IMG/VR virus record: IMGVR_UViG_3300014204_007089
Coordinates: 1 to 64,000 of that record
Strand: one strand, 5' to 3'
Length of the DNA stretch: 64,000 bases
Source of the DNA: a virus
Lineage: Duplodnaviria > Caudoviricetes
The notes below the pieces were generated by a model. That model searched no databases and was not told where the DNA came from. It worked only from the letters and a program-made list of their open reading frames with translations. Both the position numbers and the translations under genes were made by a program. This document shows, piece after piece, positions 32,401-40,269 of this stretch (positions are counted from its first letter, which is position 1; each line of letters begins with the position of its first letter).

Positions 32401-34575
32401 TGTAATATTACTAATATTATCATTTGACCCTAATGAATTACCATTTGCAATTGCAGCTTTTAAGAAAGTATCATAGTTATATGGTTGACCAGTAACTAAC
32501 ATAGATATTACATTCATAACATCTTGACCGGCAAATGGTTGTGGTGTTAATAATACTGCTCTATTTTCTTCTGTAGAGTTTTCTGGTTTTGAAAGCCAAG
32601 TTAAAGTTTGAATTCCTTGTTTCCATCTATAAACTAATCCATTTGGTGCATGAAGTACATTTCTAAATTTACCAAAAGTAATTTCACTTGTTTGTTGTTT
32701 TAAATTTTCTTCTGTAACAGAATTACCTTTTTCTGGTCCACTTCCATAAGTTAATAATCCTGTTTGAATTAACATTTTATTTTCTGGTAATAATTGAGGT
32801 AAGTCTCCTTCAGTCGTATCTGTTAAAGCAGTTCCAGTTGAAGCATCTAAACTAACATCAAATGGAGTTAGTGGATCGTAAATACTAGCATTAAGAACAT
32901 CAGCAGATGGTTGAAAATTTATATACCCTTGAGAAAAATAAGCAGAATTATCATTACAAGTTACTGAAACTGTCCACTTACCATCTGACCACGTTCCAAC
33001 CACACCTTGTCCCATTGCTCCAACAAGACCTGTAAAAATACAAGGTCCTGTAGGTTGACATGTAATATCTTGTTTAAATTGTCTCCATAACCATTTTGGA
33101 AAACCAGCACCAACCATACTGGAACGCTCTATATCTTCAAATGACATTATAGTTTCAAGTTTGCCATTTGTTTGCATATCCCCTACAGTATTATTTATAT
33201 TTTTTAATATAGTATCAAATCTATTTATTAAAGAAAATCCACTTTCATTTTGTTGTTTTTGAAATCCGCCAGGTAAACGATCATCTTCACTAGTCCTACT
33301 TGACATGAAAATTGTAATTACATCCATAGGTTGAATTACATATTTCCCATTAAAAAATAATCTCATTCTATTACGTGCATAATTAATTTCTGCAGATGCT
33401 TGATTTAATTCGGCTTTACTTGTTTGATTATATCCTAATAGAGTAAAAATATTACCTATAATTTGTACAAATTTCTTTTGTTCAGATTTTGTTAATTGAT
33501 TATTTATACTTACATTAATTGAATTATATCCTTCTAAAAATTCAGGTTCAATTTCTACATTGCCACCTGAAATTGTATTACCAATAGAAACAAAAACACT
33601 TGATAAAACTTCTCCTACACTTCCATCTTCTCCTGATAAACCAGTAGAATATTGAAATCTTATATCAGTACTTTCATCATCAAGAATCGCTCTTACTCTT
33701 TTAGAAACAACTGTTCCTGGACTAATTTTAAATGTAATATTGCTAGCATTCCTAGACCTTCTTTCAACTGCTAACTCTCCTTGTAAATCTCTTATTGTAT
33801 TTTCTAATTCTGTTTTGGTAAATTTAAAAAATCCACCTTCTCTGTATACATTTGTAACATCAGTTAAAGCCTGATCAATATCTTGTTCAGTAATTGTTAA
33901 TAAATTATAAGGATCTTCAAGTGTTAAATTAGCACTACCTCCTCCCCATTCTACAGATGTTTTAGTACTAATACTAGAAACAATAGTTAATTCCATTGTT
34001 CCTGGACCTTCTCCAACTTCATCAGAAAAAGAAGCATCCCAATTAGTTGTCCAACTAGTAAAATCAGTTGGCATAGAATAAGATAAAACTTTTCTAAGAG
34101 TTTCTATAGCTGATTTTGTACTAGCATCAAGTGAAAATAAACCAGTAGCTCCACCCAATGTATCTAAACTATCTATTAAATTAATAAATGAAGGTCCTAA
34201 AAATGTATTAAAACTACCACTATCAATTGCTAATTTTTCAATTTTAGTAAGTTTTTCATAAGCTGATATTAATTTGCATTTATTTTGAAATAATTTTTTT
34301 GATGCAGCAATTAGTATTCTTTCTTTTTTTTCTAAATAATCTAATCTAGAATTATTTACTAAAGAAGAAAACATCCTTTTTTTTACTACAACATAAATAT
34401 CTGGTTGTTGAAATAATATAGATCTTTTTCTTGGTCTTAAATTTCGTATAAAACCATTTTCTATATAAGACCTTTCAGCAGATTTATCGCCTAAAACTTT
34501 AACAGTACCTTTTGTATTTTCGCCAATTCCAAATTGATCGTTTATAATATTACCAAGTGAAGATAAGAAATTCAT
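29431..34575 (-). CDS. Baseplate hub protein (gp27/gpD-like, enlarged)
   Basis: GSANLTLEDP, IQPMDVITIF, FTGLV, FEVFANTQGHIEARPP, GSVQITG..PGDVVY...FYVRGVQHNFSYG..TTLDLSYG. Confidence 0.7.
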   Translation of the reverse strand: MNFLSSLGNIINDQFGIGENTKGTVKVLGDKSAERSYIENGFIRNLRPRKRSILFQQPDIYVVVKKRMFSSLVNNSRLDYLEKKERILIAASKKLFQNKCKLISAYEKLTKIEKLAIDSGSFNTFLGPSFINLIDSLDTLGGATGLFSLDASTKSAIETLRKVLSYSMPTDFTSWTTNWDASFSDEVGEGPGTMELTIVSSISTKTSVEWGGGSANLTLEDPYNLLTITEQDIDQALTDVTNVYREGGFFKFTKTELENTIRDLQGELAVERRSRNASNITFKISPGTVVSKRVRAILDDESTDIRFQYSTGLSGEDGSVGEVLSSVFVSIGNTISGGNVEIEPEFLEGYNSINVSINNQLTKSEQKKFVQIIGNIFTLLGYNQTSKAELNQASAEINYARNRMRLFFNGKYVIQPMDVITIFMSSRTSEDDRLPGGFQKQQNESGFSLINRFDTILKNINNTVGDMQTNGKLETIMSFEDIERSSMVGAGFPKWLWRQFKQDITCQPTGPCIFTGLVGAMGQGVVGTWSDGKWTVSVTCNDNSAYFSQGYINFQPSADVLNASIYDPLTPFDVSLDASTGTALTDTTEGDLPQLLPENKMLIQTGLLTYGSGPEKGNSVTEENLKQQTSEITFGKFRNVLHAPNGLVYRWKQGIQTLTWLSKPENSTEENRAVLLTPQPFAGQDVMNVISMLVTGQPYNYDTFLKAAIANGNSLGSNDNISNITAATTYIQGLLNDIEKTNCIWGNFIPYKKLVMNPSINTLITQTRLDAVSNNEQLTKLLRERASVEDEIMMLADGFNVDLNSLFTKNEAGQSVLSNSSTNTIETDAATDAKRRLDSIDEQINNLQGYFDKKYKESNNQEIGLTIMGTDVNTNLTSVNDASSSNAQKQRDELELRRNLFRFTARRFWKVKANEDQNLFIVDDQYDKNFDLMAFERKIGSTIKLFDSPYSSVADQINNVKKLLGFEVFANTQGHIEARPPGYNKVPSSVFYKMFKDRDTKGTKVFPDFLESLYFNQSKALLTQIEIIEDEIRLRAVALGANNDDEIIKLIVCGSNIGTYSSADFGFLTTFDGGIQNIPAILTQIRPEYSEHANSQGLTSVKDAKEQLSKYQQNISIYLKKNRLFTISTQIKANKEFNTTVDPDQQATIVEKIRIKLRNKTGLEPKNLSDLFTNDRFRRLETHAVSRSDRLNLFLQIGSLISQRQTLLYSLSNAMRSFVDGLSINTPDEKNQNIFSGGLSNLDEPTNSNAVGRSIATPNLNRHTEIPEYLEHMIEYENDDNLGVNSGRRFIITADRIVSLTISENAPQYTMISVNGMFAEGLVDSGSSFKTNFDGKNESNLMSSAIAVDYDMWYQYGFKVPTSIEAPFLSDPDSQCAPYAYATLLQARENILQGSVQITGYNEFYQPGDVVYIEDRNLLFYVRGVQHNFSYGQLNTTLDLSYGHNSGEYIPTMLDVVGKILYNSRGFTGRFRNERYQMLGASRSLGALTIENKISFTESISENNILFSNTEPMVKLLSGRNGERNKNILTNTLFAISGNFNQTGFGTNKTRIKIVYYKTQEDTATYMAQLATAVLEWLVSPEKMTPDGLSADVFMQDGTGNQKVFGINAEDIIIEEVDLTNSKQQTRRRTYPENKSPEPNTQGPSSAAIAATRVMSASDIKPTQFSNILASCILDLFVDYEDVKETISQSDDGSEYGQQSNASIDEARQIGRIS

Positions 34576-34583
34576 ACTTTACC

Positions 34584-34590
34584 ATATATC
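34584..34590 (-). promoter_or_regulatory. GATATAT candidate promoter element (representative of 8 intergenic copies)
   Basis: Also at 19294, 22648, 23181, 39392, 56734, 59447 and 60537, each 8-55 nt upstream of a minus-strand start codon. Confidence 0.45.
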
Positions 34591-34604
34591 AGGTTTAACC
34601 TAAA

Positions 34605-35543
34605 TTAAATCGGACGATAACTTGTCAAAGCAGCATCAACAGTAGCTACTACTCTTTTTATTATAGGAGATGCTGAATAACTTGTCTTTGATGAAGGATC
34701 TCTCAAAGTTCCAAATGAATATGGTCTACCAAATAATGGATCTGTATATGATGGACCATGAACAGCACTTCTATGCCAAGGCATATAGTTTAATCGTAAA
34801 CCACGCTTTTGTGTAACTGTAAAATTAATTGAATAATCAAATAATCCAATATTATCAGAACTTTCAGTAACTCCAAAACTTATAAAAAACCCTCTAAATA
34901 CCCAACCAGACCAATACATCTCAGTTTGAAATGCTATTGATGCTAATGTAGGTTGTTGTATTGCCGGATCTGCACTTCCAGTATTTATAACAGAATCAAC
35001 TGTATCAAACATATCATCAATACCTTCTGCTATAAAATTTCCAAAACCAAGATCAACATTTGCATAATTACTAGAATTATTTTTTCTAGCAGCTTCAGCA
35101 GCCATTGCTAAAGCATCCATGGAAACTTGTTCGTTTCTATAAATATCTTCAAGAACATTTATACCCTCAACACCAGAAGAACCTGTTGTACCACGAATAA
35201 CAATTTGTCCTAAATCTTCTCCATAATATTGTATTGAATACCCACCACGTGTTCTTACTGGTGAGGTTATATGTTTCTTATATGAATATTCTATATTTTT
35301 AGGATTTATATACATTTCAACAATACCAGTCTCTGGAAGAAACCAACGAACCATATTTCTTTTTGCAATAGCATCACGTTCATTTGCAATTTGAGCTTGG
35401 CGTACAGCACTTCCTGTTGGAGGTGGTATTACAGCTAAATCACTAAAGCCCTGAGCGTTTCCACCACTTCCTCTAACAACACCTCTGGCATTACTGTACG
35501 AACTGTCAATTCTATTATTTATTTGTTCTAGAAAGTCACCCAT
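34605..35543 (-). CDS. Tail tube initiator / baseplate-tube junction protein
   Basis: MYINPKNI...RTRGGY.IQYYGEDL..I.IRGTTG, FRGFFISFGVTES...FDYSINFTV; lies between tape measure and hub. Confidence 0.6.
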   Translation of the reverse strand: MGDFLEQINNRIDSSYSNARGVVRGSGGNAQGFSDLAVIPPPTGSAVRQAQIANERDAIAKRNMVRWFLPETGIVEMYINPKNIEYSYKKHITSPVRTRGGYSIQYYGEDLGQIVIRGTTGSSGVEGINVLEDIYRNEQVSMDALAMAAEAARKNNSSNYANVDLGFGNFIAEGIDDMFDTVDSVINTGSADPAIQQPTLASIAFQTEMYWSGWVFRGFFISFGVTESSDNIGLFDYSINFTVTQKRGLRLNYMPWHRSAVHGPSYTDPLFGRPYSFGTLRDPSSKTSYSASPIIKRVVATVDAALTSYRPI

Positions 35544-35563
35544 TTAACACCTCAATTAAATCA

Positions 35564-38308
35564 TTAACCATTAGCATTTCCATTATAAGGACCTGAGCTA
35601 GTATTTAAATTCATATTAGTTACAACAGTTTTTATAACTTCCTCAAGACCATTAAGATCTTCAATCTTAAATGAAACTGTAAGATCTAATGGATCAAATT
35701 TAAAAGTAGAAGGTTCTATAGAACTCCTTTTTTCTTCAGTTTCTTTTCTAGTACCCTTAGCTATTTCTTCAGCTACTGATTCTCTATAGGGCATAGGAGG
35801 AACCGATGTTGATTTTATTTCTTCAACTCTATTTTTATTAATAATAGAAGCTAAATGTTGTTGTAATGTTTTATTAGCTTCTATTTGTGTTCCAGTTTCA
35901 GCAGTTTTGCGTTCACTTTCTGTTGAAGTCTTTGTTACTGGTAAAGATTCTTTTCCTTTATCTATTTCACTAATTGGTTTAGCTGATGTTAATTTTTCAA
36001 ATTGATTAACCGCTTTATCATTATAACCTTTTGTTTCAGTTGTTATATTTGGAGTAATACGACTTGTCTTGTCAATTTTTTCAGCAGATATAACTTCTGG
36101 AAGACCAGGAGTTGTAATAGGACTTCCTTTTTCTGCAATAAATCCAGAAGTTCTTGGAGCAGTTTCTTTAACTGTTAATGATGGTAAATTTGCAACCGGA
36201 GGAATTCCAGCACCAGGTATAGTGGATGGTAATGTAATTGGTTGTTCTGTTATAGCAGATGTTTGTGGTAATGTAGTTGGTTGTGTTATATTAACTGATG
36301 GTGATATAACTGGTGTAGTTTCTTTAGTTAAAGATATTTCTTCAGGTTTTGGTGATGTTGGCAATATATTACCACCTGGTTCTGGTGGTGGTAATCCAGG
36401 AACTGTTATACTTGTAGGTGATGACTTTTCACTAGTTGGCATTCCAGGTATCCTAGGTTCTGATAATTTTAAAACCATTTCTTCTGGAACTATTTTTGTA
36501 CTTTCGGTTTTTGAAATTATTTCTTCTTCTTGTTTACCAGTATATCTTCCAAATACTTTTTTTGCCCAATCTATTGCTTCATTAAAATCTTCAGTAAGAG
36601 ATAAATGTTTTTTATCAGTTCTTGACTCTGTGGTATCTATAAATAAACCACCTTTTGCAGCATCTCTAGAAGCTGCATCAGCTGCTATCATTTCAAGATT
36701 TAAAGCCGATCTTAACTCAATATCTGTACTTTTCATCATTTCTTGATATACTAAATCTTGTGTTAAACGTATCTCTTCAGCTTTTTGATATACTTGCATT
36801 ACAGAATTGCGAAGAGGATCTTGTTTTTGAGTACCAAGATCTATCGCCTGTTCAAGAGCATCTGTTGTTTCGTCTTTTTCTCCTCTTTCAAGTTTTCCAA
36901 TTACACCTTCCTTCATTGCATTTAAAACTTGAGATGCTTGTCTTTCATCATTGATACCAGTCATTTGTGATATCATTTGCATCTGCTTCAAATATTCACT
37001 AGATAAACCAGGATTTTCAACAGCTTCTTTTAATGTAACAATTTGTCCACCAAATTGGCTTTCAATACCTCTAAGAGTCTTAGCCATTACCTCTTCAAGA
37101 TTACCAGTTTGAAGTGCATACTCCATCTTCAAACCACCAGCTAATCCACCTGGTCCTCCAGTAGCTCCTGATATAAAAGCCCCACGTGCAAGATCAAATT
37201 TTTGAACACCAGCTGTAAGACCTGTAATTACTTTTTGTATTGCATCAGGTGATAATTTACTATCGTCAAATGCCTGATCAAATGCTTTTACAACTTTAGT
37301 AGCAGCATCAGTATTATCACCAAGAATATTAAAAGATTTTGCAATATCTAATACAGTTGTAACAAATGCTCCACGTAATTTAGAAGAATCTCCTGCAAGT
37401 CTATATATATTAGATAATGATTCAAAAGCTGCTTGTCCACTAACCCCCATATTAGTATATAATTCATTATATTTTACAGCAACTTCTTCTTGAGTTTTAC
37501 CAAAAGCAGCTGCTACTTTTGAAGTAGCAACCATTTGATTCATTTGCACACCACCAACAGTTATATTTTCACTTAATGAACCTGGAATGGCTTTTAATTT
37601 ATCTTGAAGTTCATTCATAGAAGCTACAGTTTGACCAGTAGCTTGAGCAGACTTTAAAGATAACATTACATAATCATTATAATGAGTATTTAAATCTCTA
37701 AAACCTCTGCCAGTAGAATCAAGAGTTTCACTAAAACGACCTTGAGCAGCTGCCGCTTCTAACACTTTACTTTTTATAAGATATGCAGCATCAGCTCCTT
37801 TAACCATTTCTGCAGTTCTTTTAGGAAAAATTTGTCCAACAGCTTCAAATGCCGTGCTTATTTTTGATCCAGCTTCAACTCCTGCTTGCCCAATATTTCC
37901 AATACCATTAACAGTATCTGGTATTATTCCTAAAAATCTCTCCAATGATATAGCTGCCATAACTCCAGCTGTTTCTGAACCATGAGACGCAATACCCATT
38001 TGTGAAGTAAGTTTTTCATATTCTGTAGTAATTATACTAACAGCTTGTTTACCCAATCTTCCAAAAACTCCAAATTTATCAAAAGCTTCTTCACAATTTT
38101 CAGTAACTTTTTTTAAACCTTCGGCCATAGCTGAAAACTGTGTACCAGATTCAGTACCTAAAAGTTTTAATACTTCCGAAGTATTAGTAGTTGTTTGCCC
38201 TAAATTTTTCAAACCTTCAACAAATTTAGTTACAGAATCAAAAGCATCGCCACTTAATGTTTTAGCGAAATCTATTACTTTTTCAAGAGAAATTACGTCA
38301 TCAGCCAT
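35564..38308 (-). CDS. Tape measure protein (candidate)
   Basis: Ala/Gly/Gln-rich helical N-terminal ~590 aa downstream of tube and chaperones; Pro/Thr-rich C-terminus. Confidence 0.65.
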   Translation of the reverse strand: MADDVISLEKVIDFAKTLSGDAFDSVTKFVEGLKNLGQTTTNTSEVLKLLGTESGTQFSAMAEGLKKVTENCEEAFDKFGVFGRLGKQAVSIITTEYEKLTSQMGIASHGSETAGVMAAISLERFLGIIPDTVNGIGNIGQAGVEAGSKISTAFEAVGQIFPKRTAEMVKGADAAYLIKSKVLEAAAAQGRFSETLDSTGRGFRDLNTHYNDYVMLSLKSAQATGQTVASMNELQDKLKAIPGSLSENITVGGVQMNQMVATSKVAAAFGKTQEEVAVKYNELYTNMGVSGQAAFESLSNIYRLAGDSSKLRGAFVTTVLDIAKSFNILGDNTDAATKVVKAFDQAFDDSKLSPDAIQKVITGLTAGVQKFDLARGAFISGATGGPGGLAGGLKMEYALQTGNLEEVMAKTLRGIESQFGGQIVTLKEAVENPGLSSEYLKQMQMISQMTGINDERQASQVLNAMKEGVIGKLERGEKDETTDALEQAIDLGTQKQDPLRNSVMQVYQKAEEIRLTQDLVYQEMMKSTDIELRSALNLEMIAADAASRDAAKGGLFIDTTESRTDKKHLSLTEDFNEAIDWAKKVFGRYTGKQEEEIISKTESTKIVPEEMVLKLSEPRIPGMPTSEKSSPTSITVPGLPPPEPGGNILPTSPKPEEISLTKETTPVISPSVNITQPTTLPQTSAITEQPITLPSTIPGAGIPPVANLPSLTVKETAPRTSGFIAEKGSPITTPGLPEVISAEKIDKTSRITPNITTETKGYNDKAVNQFEKLTSAKPISEIDKGKESLPVTKTSTESERKTAETGTQIEANKTLQQHLASIINKNRVEEIKSTSVPPMPYRESVAEEIAKGTRKETEEKRSSIEPSTFKFDPLDLTVSFKIEDLNGLEEVIKTVVTNMNLNTSSGPYNGNANG

Positions 38309-38670
38309 TAATCAACCACCTTATGCTTTTTCTTTTTTTTACGTTTGCTTTGTTGTTCAGTTTTAACAATTTCTTCATGAAGATTCTTTGCAGTTTCTTC
38401 TGAATCAGTTGTTTCAAAATCAGGTTTATCAGATTTAATAATCTTTTGAGCCATTTCAGGATTAGAAAAAGACCCAATAAATATTGCTTGATTCCTTAAT
38501 TTCTCAGCTTCTAATTCCATATCATGAATCCAACTCTCATACAACCATACTCTTAAATATGGGTTAATATTCTCATAAAAAGGATCATCTGGCAATTTAC
38601 CGAAAGTTTTAACTAAAAATCTAATAAATTGATGCTCTGGAGTTCTAACTACTTTTATTGATTGCCTGTA
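38308..38670 (-). CDS. Tail assembly chaperone, second (T-like) segment
   Basis: Frame stays open upstream of the TTG at 38595 (VVRTPEHQFIRFLVKTFGKLPDDPFY) and overlaps the end of 38645..39337. Confidence 0.55.
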   Translation of the reverse strand, partial: YRQSIKVVRTPEHQFIRFLVKTFGKLPDDPFYENINPYLRVWLYESWIHDMELEAEKLRNQAIFIGSFSNPEMAQKIIKSDKPDFETTDSEETAKNLHEEIVKTEQQSKRKKKKKHKVVD

Positions 38671-39337
38671 CTACCTCCTTAGCTTGCTCTTGGGTTCTTG
38701 GAATATAACCATCATAAGTTTCTGAACTCAACTCATCAAACTTATTAAATAAATGATCTATTAATGCTCCATCCATTTCAGATATCAAATCTTTTTTAGC
38801 TTCAATTTGTTCTTCATAAGATGAATCAAATGTACCTAATACAAGATCTACTAATTGACCATCAACCATATATAATGAATAAGATAATGCTACAAGCTTC
38901 ATATTATATAAACTTGTTGGTTTGAATGTAGTTCTTCCATCTGATAATACAATTCTTTCAGCTTGCTCAACTGCTTGTGCATAACAATTTTGCTCAAATG
39001 ATTTTAACGATCTTAAAGTAAAAACAGTTGTAATATCATCATTACCAACCGATACATCTTTTGTTTTTCTACCAATGCCGGTAATGATATCAATCCTACG
39101 CATTGCTTCTTTGCTAGATTTTTGTTCTTGTTGTTCTGATTGCTCCATAGCCATTTGTCGTCTACGCGCAACTTCTGCAGGATTAATCATTTGTCTAGTA
39201 GGTTGTTGCGGTAACTCATTTGGTATATTTTCATAATTTTCTTGTCCATCTGGAATACTCCAATTACGAACTGATGGTTGTTGACCAGATCCACTACGTT
39301 GTTTATTACTTCCAATAGCACTATGTATATTTGCCAT
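38645..39337 (-). CDS. Tail assembly chaperone (G-like)
   Basis: Canonical position between tube and tape measure; FTLRSLKSFEQ...LSYSLYMVDG...IDHLFNKFDEL. Confidence 0.6.
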   Translation of the reverse strand: MANIHSAIGSNKQRSGSGQQPSVRNWSIPDGQENYENIPNELPQQPTRQMINPAEVARRRQMAMEQSEQQEQKSSKEAMRRIDIITGIGRKTKDVSVGNDDITTVFTLRSLKSFEQNCYAQAVEQAERIVLSDGRTTFKPTSLYNMKLVALSYSLYMVDGQLVDLVLGTFDSSYEEQIEAKKDLISEMDGALIDHLFNKFDELSSETYDGYIPRTQEQAKEVVQAINKSS

Positions 39338-39414
39338 ATTTTATTATATCCTTATTTATAAATCTAAAAAATTTAGATCTTCTCTATCTTAATATATCAA
39401 GAAAATTAAACAAG

Positions 39415-39443
39415 AAAACCCACAAATTTATAATGTGGGTTTT
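39415..39443. terminator. Intrinsic terminator-like hairpin downstream of the tube gene
   Basis: AAAACCCACA-9 nt-TGTGGGTTTT, with A/T runs on both sides. Confidence 0.7.
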
Positions 39444-39468
39444 ATTATTTTAATTAAAATTTTAATTA

Positions 39469-40134
39469 TTATGCTGACTCAACCGCATTAATTAGACCAG
39501 CTGCATCTAGAGCACCTCGTCTCTTACCAGTATCAGCTTGTTGTTCAAAGGGATCTGTAAATATAGAACGAAGTTTACGAGCCGAAGTAGCTGATCCTGC
39601 ATATGCAGAATTTCCATCAGTAAGATAAGAAAATATTTGTTCAGCTTCCCAACCCATATCTTCAACAATAACAAAATCACCAGAGTTATATGTTACATCA
39701 ATTTTATTAATCCACACATTTTTAATCTCAGTTGTAATCATATGACCTGTAATACCACTAAGACTGGCATTGTTAGAATCTTCTTCTGCTGCAAATATAT
39801 CAAATACTAAAATATCAAATGGAACACGTTGTGCACATACATGAACAAATCCACGAGAAAAAGCTGCTGCAATTCTTAGATTATCAAATCTTGTTCTAGT
39901 ACAACTGCCTGAAATACTTGTTGAAGACTTTGGAACTGAATCTACATGACCATCTGTTCCTACCTCATCAATCATTGCAATTTGACGACTTTCAGAGATT
40001 GATAATTTAGTAACGGCACCAACAGGATTACCATCTACACTGATTATAATATTTGTACTAACACCTGTTCTAGTAGCATTACGACCAGTTGAACTTGTTA
40101 ATTGAGATTCTGTGTGTGGACTGTAATTTACCAT
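39469..40134 (-). CDS. Tail tube protein
   Basis: 221 aa directly downstream of the sheath; IISVDGNPVGAVTKLSISESRQI..IDEVG, PFDI, IKNVWINKIDVTY...IVEDMGWEAE. Confidence 0.8.
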   Translation of the reverse strand: MVNYSPHTESQLTSSTGRNATRTGVSTNIIISVDGNPVGAVTKLSISESRQIAMIDEVGTDGHVDSVPKSSTSISGSCTRTRFDNLRIAAAFSRGFVHVCAQRVPFDILVFDIFAAEEDSNNASLSGITGHMITTEIKNVWINKIDVTYNSGDFVIVEDMGWEAEQIFSYLTDGNSAYAGSATSARKLRSIFTDPFEQQADTGKRRGALDAAGLINAVESA

Positions 40135-40269
40135 TTATTACCCTCTATATTTTATATTGCCTTATGCCTAATTTGTACTATAGTATTACTTGATTTTTTT
40201 TTGTAAATAAAGAATTTTTATTAAGGTCAAATTTATTATAACTTAACCTTAAATCATCTCAACTTCAAA

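Noticed and set aside
36069-36746. 225-aa plus-strand ORF
   Set aside because: Antisense shadow of the Pro/Thr-rich part of the tape-measure gene; no independent motifs
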